DNA of 64,000 nt from an uncultured Armatimonadia bacterium (GTDB taxonomy: Bacteria; Armatimonadota; Zipacnadia; CAVVLO01), in the NCBI GenBank assembly GCA_963749155.1, contig CAVVLO010000005.1, forward strand, positions 256,001 to 320,000. The letters are read 5' to 3'. This document shows, piece after piece, positions 42,783 through 52,115 of the stretch. A program made the translations under genes and the position numbers. How positions within the stretch are numbered: the first letter of the stretch is position 1; every line of letters starts with the position of its first letter. The notes under the pieces are model-generated. The model did no database searches and was not told the DNA's origin. It worked only from the letters and a program-made list of their open reading frames with translations.

Positions 42783-44613
42783 CTATTCAACAGTGACGCT
42801 CTTGGCCAGGTTGCGTGGCCTGTCCACATTGCGGCCCATCGCATCGGCTGCATGGCAGGCCAGTAGCTGCAACCAGGTGGCGATGCCAAACAGGCCAGCA
42901 GCCTGCTGTTTGCAGTCAACAGCCAGTACAGCGGCAAAACGCTGCCTTGCCGCCGCAATTGCTTCCGCTCCGACCGCCACTACCAGCACATCGGCGCCTC
43001 GGGCTGCTATCTCTTCGCAGTTGGTCAAGGTCTTGTGGTAGAAAGCATTTTGCTGCAGCAGGGCCACAACTGGACACTTGGAGCCGACCAGCGCAAGTGG
43101 ACCGTGTTTGAGTTCGCCCGCAGGCAGGCCTTCGGAGGGCAGATAGGTGATCTCTTTGAGCTTCAAAGCTCCCTCGCGCGCCAGCGCATACCCCTCACCC
43201 CGCCCAATGTAAAGCACCGACTCGGCCTGGGCAAGGTGTTCGATGGCAAGCTGCCTGGCCTCATCGCTCCTGGCCAGGACTTGCGCGATTACTTCGGGAG
43301 CTTCCTCTAGCCCTTGCTCGAGACGAGCGGCCAGTTGCCCCTCGCCCCGGTCGGCTGCCACCCTGCGCGCAAGCCACAGCAGCACCGCAAGCTGGGCTGT
43401 GAAAGCTTTGGTCGAAGCCACCGAAAGCTCCGGCCCAGCCGGCGTGATGATGCCCTGAGGCGCCTCACGCGTCAGGGTCGAATGACGGGCATTGCAGATG
43501 GCCAAAGCTGGACTTCCCGGCCTCGGTAAGCTTCCGCACCAGCGCCAGAGTGTCAGCCGTCTCACCTGACTGGCTGATGGCAAGGACAGGAGCGCCGCGA
43601 TAACTCCGGGGGAAGACTGTCAACAACTCGGAAGCCGACCGCGAAAGCCACTGCTGCTCGATTTCAGGCTCCAGAAGGTATTTGGGCACCAGGCCTGCGT
43701 GATAAGCTGTCCCGCAAGCGGCGATAATTACCCGGGGCGCTTCAGCCAGAGCGGCAACCAGCGGTTCTGGGTCTCCGTAGAAAGCCGCTCCCGAGGCGAG
43801 GGCTTCAAGTGTACGAGCCACTGCCTCGGGCTGCTGAAGTATCTCTGTCAGCAGGCGCGAGCTTTCCTCGCAAGGCTCCTCAAAGTCCGCGAATTCTCCT
43901 ATTGGTTCGAGCTCCATAGGTTGCCAGGCGTCCTCTTGCAGGACGCAGGCAGTCTCAGGAGTTATCCTTACTACTTCTCCATCGACTACAGGCCGCCAGG
44001 TTTGGGTGCGCCTGGGCACTCCTACCCGGTCAGAGCAAAGCAGATGACCTTCCGGCAGGCGAAAGACTAGAAGCGGCGATACCTTGCGGGCCCCGTATAT
44101 GACTCCAGGTTCGTTCTTCAGCATCAGGCACAGGGCTGCCGATCCGGTGAATTCGCCAAGCAATTGTCCGAGCGCTGGTCCTGGCTCTGTTCCTTCGGCC
44201 AGCAGCTCTTCAAGCCTGTGAGCTAGCAACTCGGTGTCAGTCTGGGATTCCAGGCTGTGGCCGCGCGCAAGCAGCTCTCGACGTAGCTCCTCGGCGTTCT
44301 CGACGACCCCGTTATGCACCAGGGCAAGGTTGCCTTCACAGTCGAGATGGGGATGGGCGTTCTCTTCGCTGACTTCGCCATGAGTTGCCCAGCGCGTGTG
44401 CGCAATACCAGTCTGGCCTTCGACAGGAGAGAGCGCAAGCTTCGCGCGCAGCGCTGCGATAGGCCCAACGGCCTTGCGCACGTGAAGCTCCTGAGAAGAG
44501 GTAAGCAGTGCCACGCCTGCCGAGTCGTAGCCTCGATATTCGAGCAACTCGAGCACATCAAGTAGCACGGGGTGGGCGGGCGATTTGCCCGCGAAACCAG
44601 CAAGTCCGCACAT
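42783..44613 (-). CDS. glmS: Glutamine--fructose-6-phosphate aminotransferase, frameshift near 43517
   Basis: MCG start, LEYRGYDSAG, HTRWATHG, SQSGETADT, ELKHGP and PRNLAKSVTVE*. Confidence 0.95.
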
Positions 44614-44637
44614 GGGGAGACTCCCTGTGCAGTGAGC

Positions 44638-44785
44638 ACCAGTCGGCTTGAGTTCTGTTCCCGAGGTTACCCTCGGGTTTTGTCCCAAACCTTTCGACCC
44701 TGGTCAGCCGGGAGGCACCCGCCGAAGCTTTCGATTAACCTCCCCCTCGTCAACCTTCACCTAAGTGAAGGTCCAGGCGCTAGGT
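44638..44785 (-). ncRNA. glmS riboswitch-ribozyme (GlcN6P-activated)
   Basis: Minus strand reads AGCGCCUGGAC-P1-GUUGACGAGGGGGAGGUUAAUCGAAAGCUUCGGCGGGUGCCUCCC, then P3/P4 with a GUAA-capped stem; lies immediately 5' of glmS; predicted cleavage between 44781 and 44780. Confidence 0.93.
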
Positions 44786-44876
44786 AGTGCTATTCAGTTG
44801 GCTCACCGAGCCGTCGCTTTCTGGAGGACGGCGCCCAATATGACATCGCGGGTATTCTATCACATCCGAGGGCTAG

Positions 44877-45086
44877 GCGGGGGCTCCAGACCCCGTCACC
44901 CACTCGCGCGAAGACGCGAAAGGGTATCGCGGGGGCTCTGCCCCCACGCCCCCGCTGGGGAGAGCCTCCCCAGACCCGCAGAAGGCAGCCCTCCAGCCCC
45001 CCCATAAAGGGGAGTCTTGAGGGCTGTATTCGAGGGGACGGATGACTGTGCCCCAGCCGGAGTATAGAGACACAATTCCGTTATCT
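44877..45086 (+). repeat. Modular palindromic repeat, copy R1
   Basis: Shares GGGTATCGCGGGGGCTCTGCCCCC, CCTCCCCAGACCCGC and GACTGTGCC.CAGCCGGA modules with R2-R4. Confidence 0.85.
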
Positions 45087-45173
45087 CTCGATGCGGTTCA
45101 ATCCGATGCGAGCCTGCCGCAGGGAAAGGCTGCCCTGCCACGAACTCTCGTCCAGTCCTACTGGAGGTGCCTT

Positions 45174-47807
45174 ATGCGTATGTTGATTACCTTTATTGTT
45201 CTGCTCTCACTGACGGCCCTGGTCGCTGCCACCCCAACCGAACAAACTCCTTACGGGCGCTCGATAATCCGTTTCGAGGGCCGACCGGGGCCGCAGCAAG
45301 TTAAGGATCCCGTCCAGCGCCAAGCGATGGAACAGGCCCTGGCCGATGCCGGAGTGGATGCCCGCTGGATTGCTGTTGTTGACCCCAGTGGCAATCCTTA
45401 TCTGGAGAATCCCTGGTTGCCCTGTGTCGAGGCCAATCCTGCCGAAAATGAAGCAATCCTCAAAGAGTGGGTCGCCGAGATGCACGCTCGGGGCACTCCG
45501 GTGATGACCTGGTTCGGGATGGCCATCTGCGAGTCAGCCTGGCAGGTCCACCCCGAGTGGCGCCAGGTCTCACAGCTGCCCTGGGGGCCCGAGCCTCATC
45601 TGGGGAAGCTCTGTTGCCCAATGACTGGCTTCGGAGACGCGCTTACCAATTATCTTATAGATGCAATCGGCCGTCTCGACCTCGATGGTGTCTGGTTTGA
45701 CGGGTCGGTCTGGACGCCAATCTGGACGCGCCCTGTGCCGCTGACCTGTTTTTGTGATACCTGCCAGCAAGTCTATATGGAAGAAAAAGGGCGTCCCCTG
45801 CCTGTGATACTCGAGTGGAGCAATCCCGAGTTCCGCGACTGGGTTGAGTGGCGTACCCGCAAGTTCGGCGAGTATATTGAACAGGTCGCCGGGCGCATCC
45901 GGGCCGCGCATCCTGACTGCGCTGTAGTAATAAATCACTATCACAGGCCGGGCATCCCCTGGGAGAGCGCTGTCCCGATAGACAAATACCAGGCCGACAT
46001 CATCACAGGCTCTGAAGCCTTTGAGCCCCCGATGGCCGACCTGGTCAGCCGCCTGACCCGCGCCTATGGCCGCCCTCAGTCCGAGGTCTGGCATGCCCTG
46101 GATGTGCGAGAAAGCCCTGAAGCAACCGCCAACGTGATGCTGCCTCATGCGCTAACCTGCTATGCGGCTGGCACCTATCCTTCCTTCGGAGGCAATCCCG
46201 CCGACCCGCGCGCAGCCGAAGCCTTCAGTCTGATGAGCCCCATCCTGAAAGCCATCCAACCCTTCGTGGGAGGCCCAAGCCTGCCGTATGCCGCACTGCA
46301 TGTCTCTCAGCAGTCGGAGACTTTCTTCTTCACCCGCGGCGGGCCTCTTTCAGAGCCGCCCAACTACTATTGGCGCGCCCTTGAGAACTGGGACTGGAGC
46401 TTCCTTGGCGCTGGGCTGACGCCCGACTATATCTTCGACGCGGATTTTACCCAGGAAAAACTCTCTCGCTACCAGGTGCTGCTGATGCCCCTGTCGCCGG
46501 CCCTTTCGGCTGCCGAGGCGCGCGTCGCCCTGGATTTCGCAAGGCAGGGAGGTACCCTCGTGCTGGGCCTGGGCGCCGGCCAGGCTGACCCCAAAGGTGA
46601 ACCAGCCAGGGTCAATCTGCTGACCGAAAAACTTGGGTTCCGGTACCTGTCCAAACTTGATCCCAACGCTCTGGGGCCTGTCGCGGTGCAGCTCCAGGGC
46701 CTCGAAGGCGAAGTCCTCAACCTTAACGGGGTGCTCTGTCCCCTCGCACTCGAGGCGCCCGAGTGGTCGCCGCTCTATTCGAATCCTGTTCAGGGCCCCG
46801 TGCTGGCCTCGCGTCCCTACGGCGATGGCCAGGTGCTGCTCTGCGCTCTGGAGCCTGCCAGCAACGCTCAGGTCCGGCCCTCCTCTGGCGGCGACACGCA
46901 GCTCTTAGTCACCGAGGAGCAAGCCGCTACAGGCAAGTTCAGCCTAAAATTTGTGGATGGCCTCGAAGCCCCTCAGCCTTTCTATCCCGACCTCGAGCTG
47001 AATCTGCCTTCCTTCGGCCTGCCCAGTTACTCGGGAGGGCTCCTGGAAGTCGACCTGCGCCTTGAAGAGGGCGCCGACCTCGCTCTCGAGTTGCGTTCGA
47101 CCCTCGATCCCAAAGGCGGTCCCAGTGTCCGCCTTCATCCCGACGGTCGCGTCGGCCTGTTCGCAGGCGATGTGCTCGAGGCGCCTGGCGGTCAGTGGTT
47201 CCACCTCAAGCTGGAGTATCGCTTTGCGCCTGCCGGTGAGGAAACTCCCTTCACCCTCACGCTGACCGATGCCCAGGGCAAAATTCAGACCGGCACAGGC
47301 AAATTGCAGGCAGACGGCTATCTGCGCACTGACTGGCTCGTGATTTATGGCCCAGGCGAAGCGTCAGGGACGTGGTACCTGGACAACCTGACCCTCGCCA
47401 GCCTCCCCTCCTCGGGCGAGTCGCAGCGTCTGCTGGCGATGGATTTCGAGGAAGGCGTGCAGAGTCTAACCACCAGCAGCGCGCTGCCCCGGCTGGTGGC
47501 CTCGCTGGTAGATTCGCTCGAAGCCCAGCCTGTCCGGCTGGAGGCTGATACCAGTGTGCATATGGGCTGCTTCGAGCCCGACTCCGAGCGAGTCCTGGTG
47601 CATCTCTATAACTTTGGAGCACCAGTCTCCGACTGGCAACAACCGACCGGCCCTGATGCGACCCTCGACTGCGGCTTTCCCGTGAAGGCTGCCAGGCTTG
47701 CCTTGTCTGGTAATACACTTTCGGTGAAGCGCGCCGGTGACCGCTGGCTCGTTGAAGTGCCGCCCATCGGCCTTTACCAGGTCGTCGAACTGACCCGCGC
47801 GCAATAA
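45174..47807 (+). CDS. Secreted putative glycoside hydrolase (GH42/GHL6-like barrel, trimerization domain, inserted lectin-like domain), paralogue A
   Basis: Signal peptide; HPEW, LDGVWFDG, CFCDTC and YQVLLMP motifs; GGAGG RBS before ATG 45174. Confidence 0.7.
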   Translation: MRMLITFIVLLSLTALVAATPTEQTPYGRSIIRFEGRPGPQQVKDPVQRQAMEQALADAGVDARWIAVVDPSGNPYLENPWLPCVEANPAENEAILKEWVAEMHARGTPVMTWFGMAICESAWQVHPEWRQVSQLPWGPEPHLGKLCCPMTGFGDALTNYLIDAIGRLDLDGVWFDGSVWTPIWTRPVPLTCFCDTCQQVYMEEKGRPLPVILEWSNPEFRDWVEWRTRKFGEYIEQVAGRIRAAHPDCAVVINHYHRPGIPWESAVPIDKYQADIITGSEAFEPPMADLVSRLTRAYGRPQSEVWHALDVRESPEATANVMLPHALTCYAAGTYPSFGGNPADPRAAEAFSLMSPILKAIQPFVGGPSLPYAALHVSQQSETFFFTRGGPLSEPPNYYWRALENWDWSFLGAGLTPDYIFDADFTQEKLSRYQVLLMPLSPALSAAEARVALDFARQGGTLVLGLGAGQADPKGEPARVNLLTEKLGFRYLSKLDPNALGPVAVQLQGLEGEVLNLNGVLCPLALEAPEWSPLYSNPVQGPVLASRPYGDGQVLLCALEPASNAQVRPSSGGDTQLLVTEEQAATGKFSLKFVDGLEAPQPFYPDLELNLPSFGLPSYSGGLLEVDLRLEEGADLALELRSTLDPKGGPSVRLHPDGRVGLFAGDVLEAPGGQWFHLKLEYRFAPAGEETPFTLTLTDAQGKIQTGTGKLQADGYLRTDWLVIYGPGEASGTWYLDNLTLASLPSSGESQRLLAMDFEEGVQSLTTSSALPRLVASLVDSLEAQPVRLEADTSVHMGCFEPDSERVLVHLYNFGAPVSDWQQPTGPDATLDCGFPVKAARLALSGNTLSVKRAGDRWLVEVPPIGLYQVVELTRAQ

Positions 47808-47819
47808 GGAGTAAAAGAA

Positions 47820-50453
47820 ATGGAAATGAAGCTCTTCTGTATTGCCTTTATGTTGGTGGCCTCGCTGGCCGCCGCTGTCCCCATCGAGCAGACGCCCTAT
47901 GGCAAGGCTGTCTTCCGCATCGAGGCCCGGCCGGGTCCGCAGCAGATGAAAGACCCCGTCGAAAGGCAGCGGATCGAAGGCGCTCTGGCCGAAGCCGGCG
48001 TGGACGGCCGGTGGATCTCTATTGTAGATCCTGTCGGTTGTCCCTATCTTGACAACGATTATCTCCCTCCAGTAGCAGGTCAGGACCTGGCCGAGAACGA
48101 GGCTATAATGAAGGCCTGGGTCGCCGAGATGCACGCCAAAGGCCAGGCCGTGATGAGCTGGTATGCCCTCTCCATAGGCCAGTCCGCCAACCTCGCGCAT
48201 CCCGACTGGCGCCAGGTCTCGGTCGTGCCCTGGTATCGCGAGGCCGAAGCCTCTTTCTTCTGCTGCCATATGACTGGTTACGGCGAGGCGATGATCAACT
48301 ACTGCATCGATGCAATCAAGCGACTCGACCTCGATGGCATCTGGTTCGATGGCGCAGCCTGGACGCCAATCTGGAATCGCCCGCTGCCGATCACCTGCTA
48401 CTGTGAGACCTGTCAGGCGGCCTTCAAGGCCGACACTGGCCTTGACTTACCGACTGTCTACAGCTTCGAAGACACCACCTTCCGCACCTGGGTTGAGTGG
48501 CGCTATCAGAAATTTGGCGAATTTATCGGGACAGCTGCCCGGCGCATCCGGGAGGCTTGCCCTGAAGCCGCCGTCGTCATCAACCACTACCACCGGCCAG
48601 GTATCCCCTGGCACAGCGCCATCCCGGTTGACCATTATGACGCTGACATCATTACAGGCTCGGAGGCCTTTTCACCTGTCACTCTCGACCTTACCCAACG
48701 CCTGAATCGCGCCTATGGTCGTAGTCAGTCCGAAGTTTGGCGCGCTTTCGATATCGCCGCCACGCCCGAGCTTACCGCCGAGAACCTGATCCCGCACGCC
48801 CTTAACTCTTATGTGGCTGGGGGACGCCCGTCTTTCGGCGGAGACAGCAGCAATCCGATGATGGCCCAGACCGCCGCGCTGATGAGCCCTGTGTTGAAGG
48901 CTATCACGCCCTACATCGGCGCTCCTTCGCTGCCGCATGTCGCCCTGCACCTCTCCCAGCAGTCGGAGACCTTCGTCTTCGCCCGTGGGGGCGACATCCA
49001 GAATCCCTCTGACTTCTTCTGGAGCGCTCTTGGCAACTGGACCTGGGCCTTGCTGGAGGCCCATCTACCCCCCGATATTATTTTCGATGCCGATTTTACC
49101 CAGGCAAAACTTGCGAAGTATGACGTACTGCTGATGCCCCTCTCGCCGGCCCTTTCCGGCCAGCAAGCCCGCACCGCGCTCGATTTTGCGCGGCGAGGCG
49201 GAGTGCTGGTGCTGGGTATCGGCGCTGGCCAAAAGACTCCCCAGGGCGAGCCTGCAACTGCCAGGGTGCTGGAACACGCCCTTGGCTTTTCCTTCAACCG
49301 GCAACTCGACGCCGCGAACCTCCACATCGAAGCCACTCGCCTCGAACCGGTGGGGGAGGGCCAACCCTTTGCCGTCAATGGGGTCACCACGCCAGCGGAC
49401 TTCACGGCCTCCGAGTGGGAGCCCCTCTTCCTCACTGAAGAAGGTCGCCCGGGCATGGCCCAGCGGCCCTATGGTGAGGGGCAAGTGATTGTGGTTACTG
49501 CCGATCCCTCGCGAATGTTCGGCAGTTCTCCTGCATCCGGCGGTGACACCCAGCTCTTTGTCAGCGACGAGCAGGCTGCCAGTGGCAGCTACAGCCTCAA
49601 ATTCGTGGATGGCCCTATCGCCCCACAGACCTTCTATCCCGATCTTGAAAACAACCTGCCTGCTTTCAGCGCGCCCGAATCTGCAGGCGGCCTGCTGGAG
49701 TGTGATCTGCGGCTGGAAGAAGGCGCCAGAGTCACCTTCGAGGTGCGCTCGCACGAACAGCCTATCCTCGGCCCTTCGGTCGACCTGACCTCCGATGGGC
49801 TTGCGCATCTCTCGAACGGCGGTACAGTGCCCGTTCCCCTTAACGAATGGTTTCACTTCGCGCTTGCTTATGACTTTGCGGGCGCAGGCACGACCTCTAC
49901 TTTCAAAGTGATTATCACCCGCGAGGATGGCAGCGTCGCTGAAGCCACCGGCGCCTCACTGCAGCCCGATTACAACAAGACTGACTGGTTTGTCATCTTC
50001 GGCTCAGGTACCGCCCCGGGGAGCTGGTATTTGGATAACCTGAGTCTGGCGCGACGTTTGCCTGATGGCGCCTCGGAGCGCGTCCTTCTTCTCGACTTTG
50101 AAGAGGGTGAAAACAGCCTGCTCGAAACGGGCGTCCTCGTGACCGAACTCGCCGATGTCCTCAAGCGACTCGCACCGCCGCCCATCGCGCTGGAAGCGCC
50201 ACCCAGCGTCCACGCAGGTTGTTTCCAGCCCGATGAAAGCCGGGTCCTGGTGCATCTCTATAGCCTCGATAATGCCCTCGCCGACTGGCTGAAACCGACC
50301 GGTCACTCAGTGCGGCTCTCTTGCGCCTTCCAGCCCACGTCCGCGCGCCTGCCCCTCACCGGCGCGCAGCTCCAGGTGAAACGCTCCGGCGACCGCTGGC
50401 TAGTGGAGGTCCCGCCCATCGGCCTTTACCAGGTGGTAGAGCTGATACGATAA
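47820..50453 (+). CDS. Secreted putative glycoside hydrolase, paralogue B
   Basis: Colinear with 45174-47807 over its full length; LDGIWFDG and CYCETC motifs. Confidence 0.7.
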   Translation: MEMKLFCIAFMLVASLAAAVPIEQTPYGKAVFRIEARPGPQQMKDPVERQRIEGALAEAGVDGRWISIVDPVGCPYLDNDYLPPVAGQDLAENEAIMKAWVAEMHAKGQAVMSWYALSIGQSANLAHPDWRQVSVVPWYREAEASFFCCHMTGYGEAMINYCIDAIKRLDLDGIWFDGAAWTPIWNRPLPITCYCETCQAAFKADTGLDLPTVYSFEDTTFRTWVEWRYQKFGEFIGTAARRIREACPEAAVVINHYHRPGIPWHSAIPVDHYDADIITGSEAFSPVTLDLTQRLNRAYGRSQSEVWRAFDIAATPELTAENLIPHALNSYVAGGRPSFGGDSSNPMMAQTAALMSPVLKAITPYIGAPSLPHVALHLSQQSETFVFARGGDIQNPSDFFWSALGNWTWALLEAHLPPDIIFDADFTQAKLAKYDVLLMPLSPALSGQQARTALDFARRGGVLVLGIGAGQKTPQGEPATARVLEHALGFSFNRQLDAANLHIEATRLEPVGEGQPFAVNGVTTPADFTASEWEPLFLTEEGRPGMAQRPYGEGQVIVVTADPSRMFGSSPASGGDTQLFVSDEQAASGSYSLKFVDGPIAPQTFYPDLENNLPAFSAPESAGGLLECDLRLEEGARVTFEVRSHEQPILGPSVDLTSDGLAHLSNGGTVPVPLNEWFHFALAYDFAGAGTTSTFKVIITREDGSVAEATGASLQPDYNKTDWFVIFGSGTAPGSWYLDNLSLARRLPDGASERVLLLDFEEGENSLLETGVLVTELADVLKRLAPPPIALEAPPSVHAGCFQPDESRVLVHLYSLDNALADWLKPTGHSVRLSCAFQPTSARLPLTGAQLQVKRSGDRWLVEVPPIGLYQVVELIR

Positions 50454-50458
50454 AGTCA

Positions 50459-50772
50459 CGGGGGCTCCAGCCCCCGCCACCCACTCGCGCGAAGTCGCAA
50501 AAGGGTATCGCGGGGGCTCTGCCCCCGCCACCCACTCGCGCGAAGTCGCAAAAGGGTATCGCGGGGGCTCTGCCCCCGCCCCCACTCGCGCGAAGTCGCA
50601 GGATCGCGGGGCCCCCGCCCCCCTCGCTGCGCAGGGACGCGGGGGCCTCCCCAGACCCGCAGAAGAGCAGCCCTCCCCCGCCCCCCCCGCAGAGGGGAGG
50701 CGAGAGGGCTGTATTCGATGGGACGGAAGACTGTGCCTCAGCCGGAACATCAAGACACAACTTCGTGACCTT
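50459..50772 (+). repeat. Modular palindromic repeat, copy R2, containing a 51-bp tandem unit (about 2.6 copies)
   Basis: Unit GCCCCCGCCACCCACTCGCGCGAAGTCGCAAAAGGGTATCGCGGGGGCTCT at 50470 and 50521, partial at 50572; remainder matches R1. Confidence 0.88.
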
Positions 50773-50831
50773 ACCGGGCCTGTTCGTTGAAGGGTGGGTG
50801 GAACTTCTGGGGCTTCTGAACGTCTATGGAT

Positions 50832-50860
50832 TTGAGGAAGCTGTAATATTACTGTATTAT
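50832..50860 (+). promoter_or_regulatory. Sigma70-type promoter with a palindrome in the spacer
   Basis: TTGAGG-17-TATTAT; GTAATATTAC palindrome at 50843-50852. Confidence 0.45.
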
Positions 50861-50993
50861 GATAAAGCAAGCTAGTAAAGAGTACGACTGCACCGACCTG
50901 TAACTAGGGGCCAGCGCGGCCGCCGGGACGCCTCGCCCTTCCACACGTTGATCACCCATACCAAACCATTACCCCGGTAGGGAGGCACCGCTT

Positions 50994-52115
50994 ATGGAAA
51001 CCAGCAAACCAGTCTTTGCTGTGCTTGGCGCGGGTCATGGTGGCACCGCGATGGCGGCCGATCTCGCTCTCAGAGGTTTCGAAGTAAGGCTTTGGAACCG
51101 CTCTCTCGAGCGCCTGCAAGCCATCCAGCAGCGTGGAGGAGTCGACCTTGTAGTAGCTGCGAATTGCCCGCTCTCGGGCGGTGCGGCCCGCATCGACGTT
51201 GCTACTACCGATATCGAACAGGCTGTCTCGGGCGCCGACATAATAATGGTAGTCGTGCCAGCGCTTGGGCATGAGCTTGTTGCTCGTGCCTGTGCTCCCC
51301 ATCTAACTGACAGCCAGATGGTTGTCCTGAATCCGGGCAGAACCGGCGGCGCGCTCGAGTTTCGCCGCGTGCTTCTGGAAGAGGGCTGCAAAGCTAATCT
51401 CATCCTCGGCGAGGCCGAGACTTTTCTCTTCGCAAGCCGGGTCGTCAGCCCCGCTCAGAGCCGCATCTTTGCGGTCAAGAGTACCGTCGCTGTAGCCGCA
51501 CTGCCGGCTTATCGCACTGGCGAGCTGCTGAAGCGCCTGCGGTTGGCTTATCCGCAGTTCGTCGCCGCAGACAACGTGCTGCAGACCAGCCTATCCAATG
51601 TTGCCGTGATGTTCCACCCCGCCGTGATGATTGTAAACGCCGCGCGCATCGAGGACCAACACGGCAACTTCGATTACTACCATTCGGGCATCACGCCATC
51701 TGTCGCCCGTTATCTCGAGGCTGTTGACGCCGAGCGTCTTGCCGTTGCCCAGTCAGTGGGCGTCCGGGTCATCCCCGTCCGCAAGTGGCTGTATATGGCT
51801 TACGATGCCCCAGGCCGCGACCTGTTCGAAGCCATCCAGGCCAATACCGGCTACGCGGGTATCAAGGCCCCGCCCACCCTCGCATACCGGTATCTGATGG
51901 AAGACGCCCCCATGTGCCTGGTACCAATGATCTCAATTGGCGAGCAATATGGTTGCGACATGACGTTGATGCGCAGCATAACCCAGGTTGCGGGGGCCCT
52001 GCTTGATGTAGATTTCTTCGCGACAGGCCGCACTGTGGAACGCCTTGGCATCGATGGTATGGACGTACGCAGGTTGCGGCGAGTGGTGCTGGAGGGAGAG
52101 GATAATGGAGACTAA
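50994..52115 (+). CDS. NAD/NADP octopine/nopaline (opine) dehydrogenase family protein
   Basis: GAGHGG Rossmann motif, LNPGRTGGA, N..FHP, FDYYHSGITP and RYLMED.P..LVP motifs. Confidence 0.88.
   Translation: METSKPVFAVLGAGHGGTAMAADLALRGFEVRLWNRSLERLQAIQQRGGVDLVVAANCPLSGGAARIDVATTDIEQAVSGADIIMVVVPALGHELVARACAPHLTDSQMVVLNPGRTGGALEFRRVLLEEGCKANLILGEAETFLFASRVVSPAQSRIFAVKSTVAVAALPAYRTGELLKRLRLAYPQFVAADNVLQTSLSNVAVMFHPAVMIVNAARIEDQHGNFDYYHSGITPSVARYLEAVDAERLAVAQSVGVRVIPVRKWLYMAYDAPGRDLFEAIQANTGYAGIKAPPTLAYRYLMEDAPMCLVPMISIGEQYGCDMTLMRSITQVAGALLDVDFFATGRTVERLGIDGMDVRRLRRVVLEGEDNGD

Noticed and set aside
42480..42783. Tn7-like insertion at attTn7 downstream of glmS
   Set aside because: No TGT...ACA end or TnsB-site repeats at the expected position and no tns genes; only a terminator hairpin
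50470..50600. CRISPR-like array
   Set aside because: Units are head-to-tail with no unique spacers, and no cas genes are present
50321..50875. ORFs with 17-aa repeats across R2, and small ORFs across R1, R3 and R4
   Set aside because: They are translations of GC-rich palindromic repeats, open on both strands, with no RBS
50860..50993. Cobalamin or ZTP riboswitch upstream of the B12 operon
   Set aside because: No B12 box or complete ZTP consensus is visible; only a short GACTG resemblance
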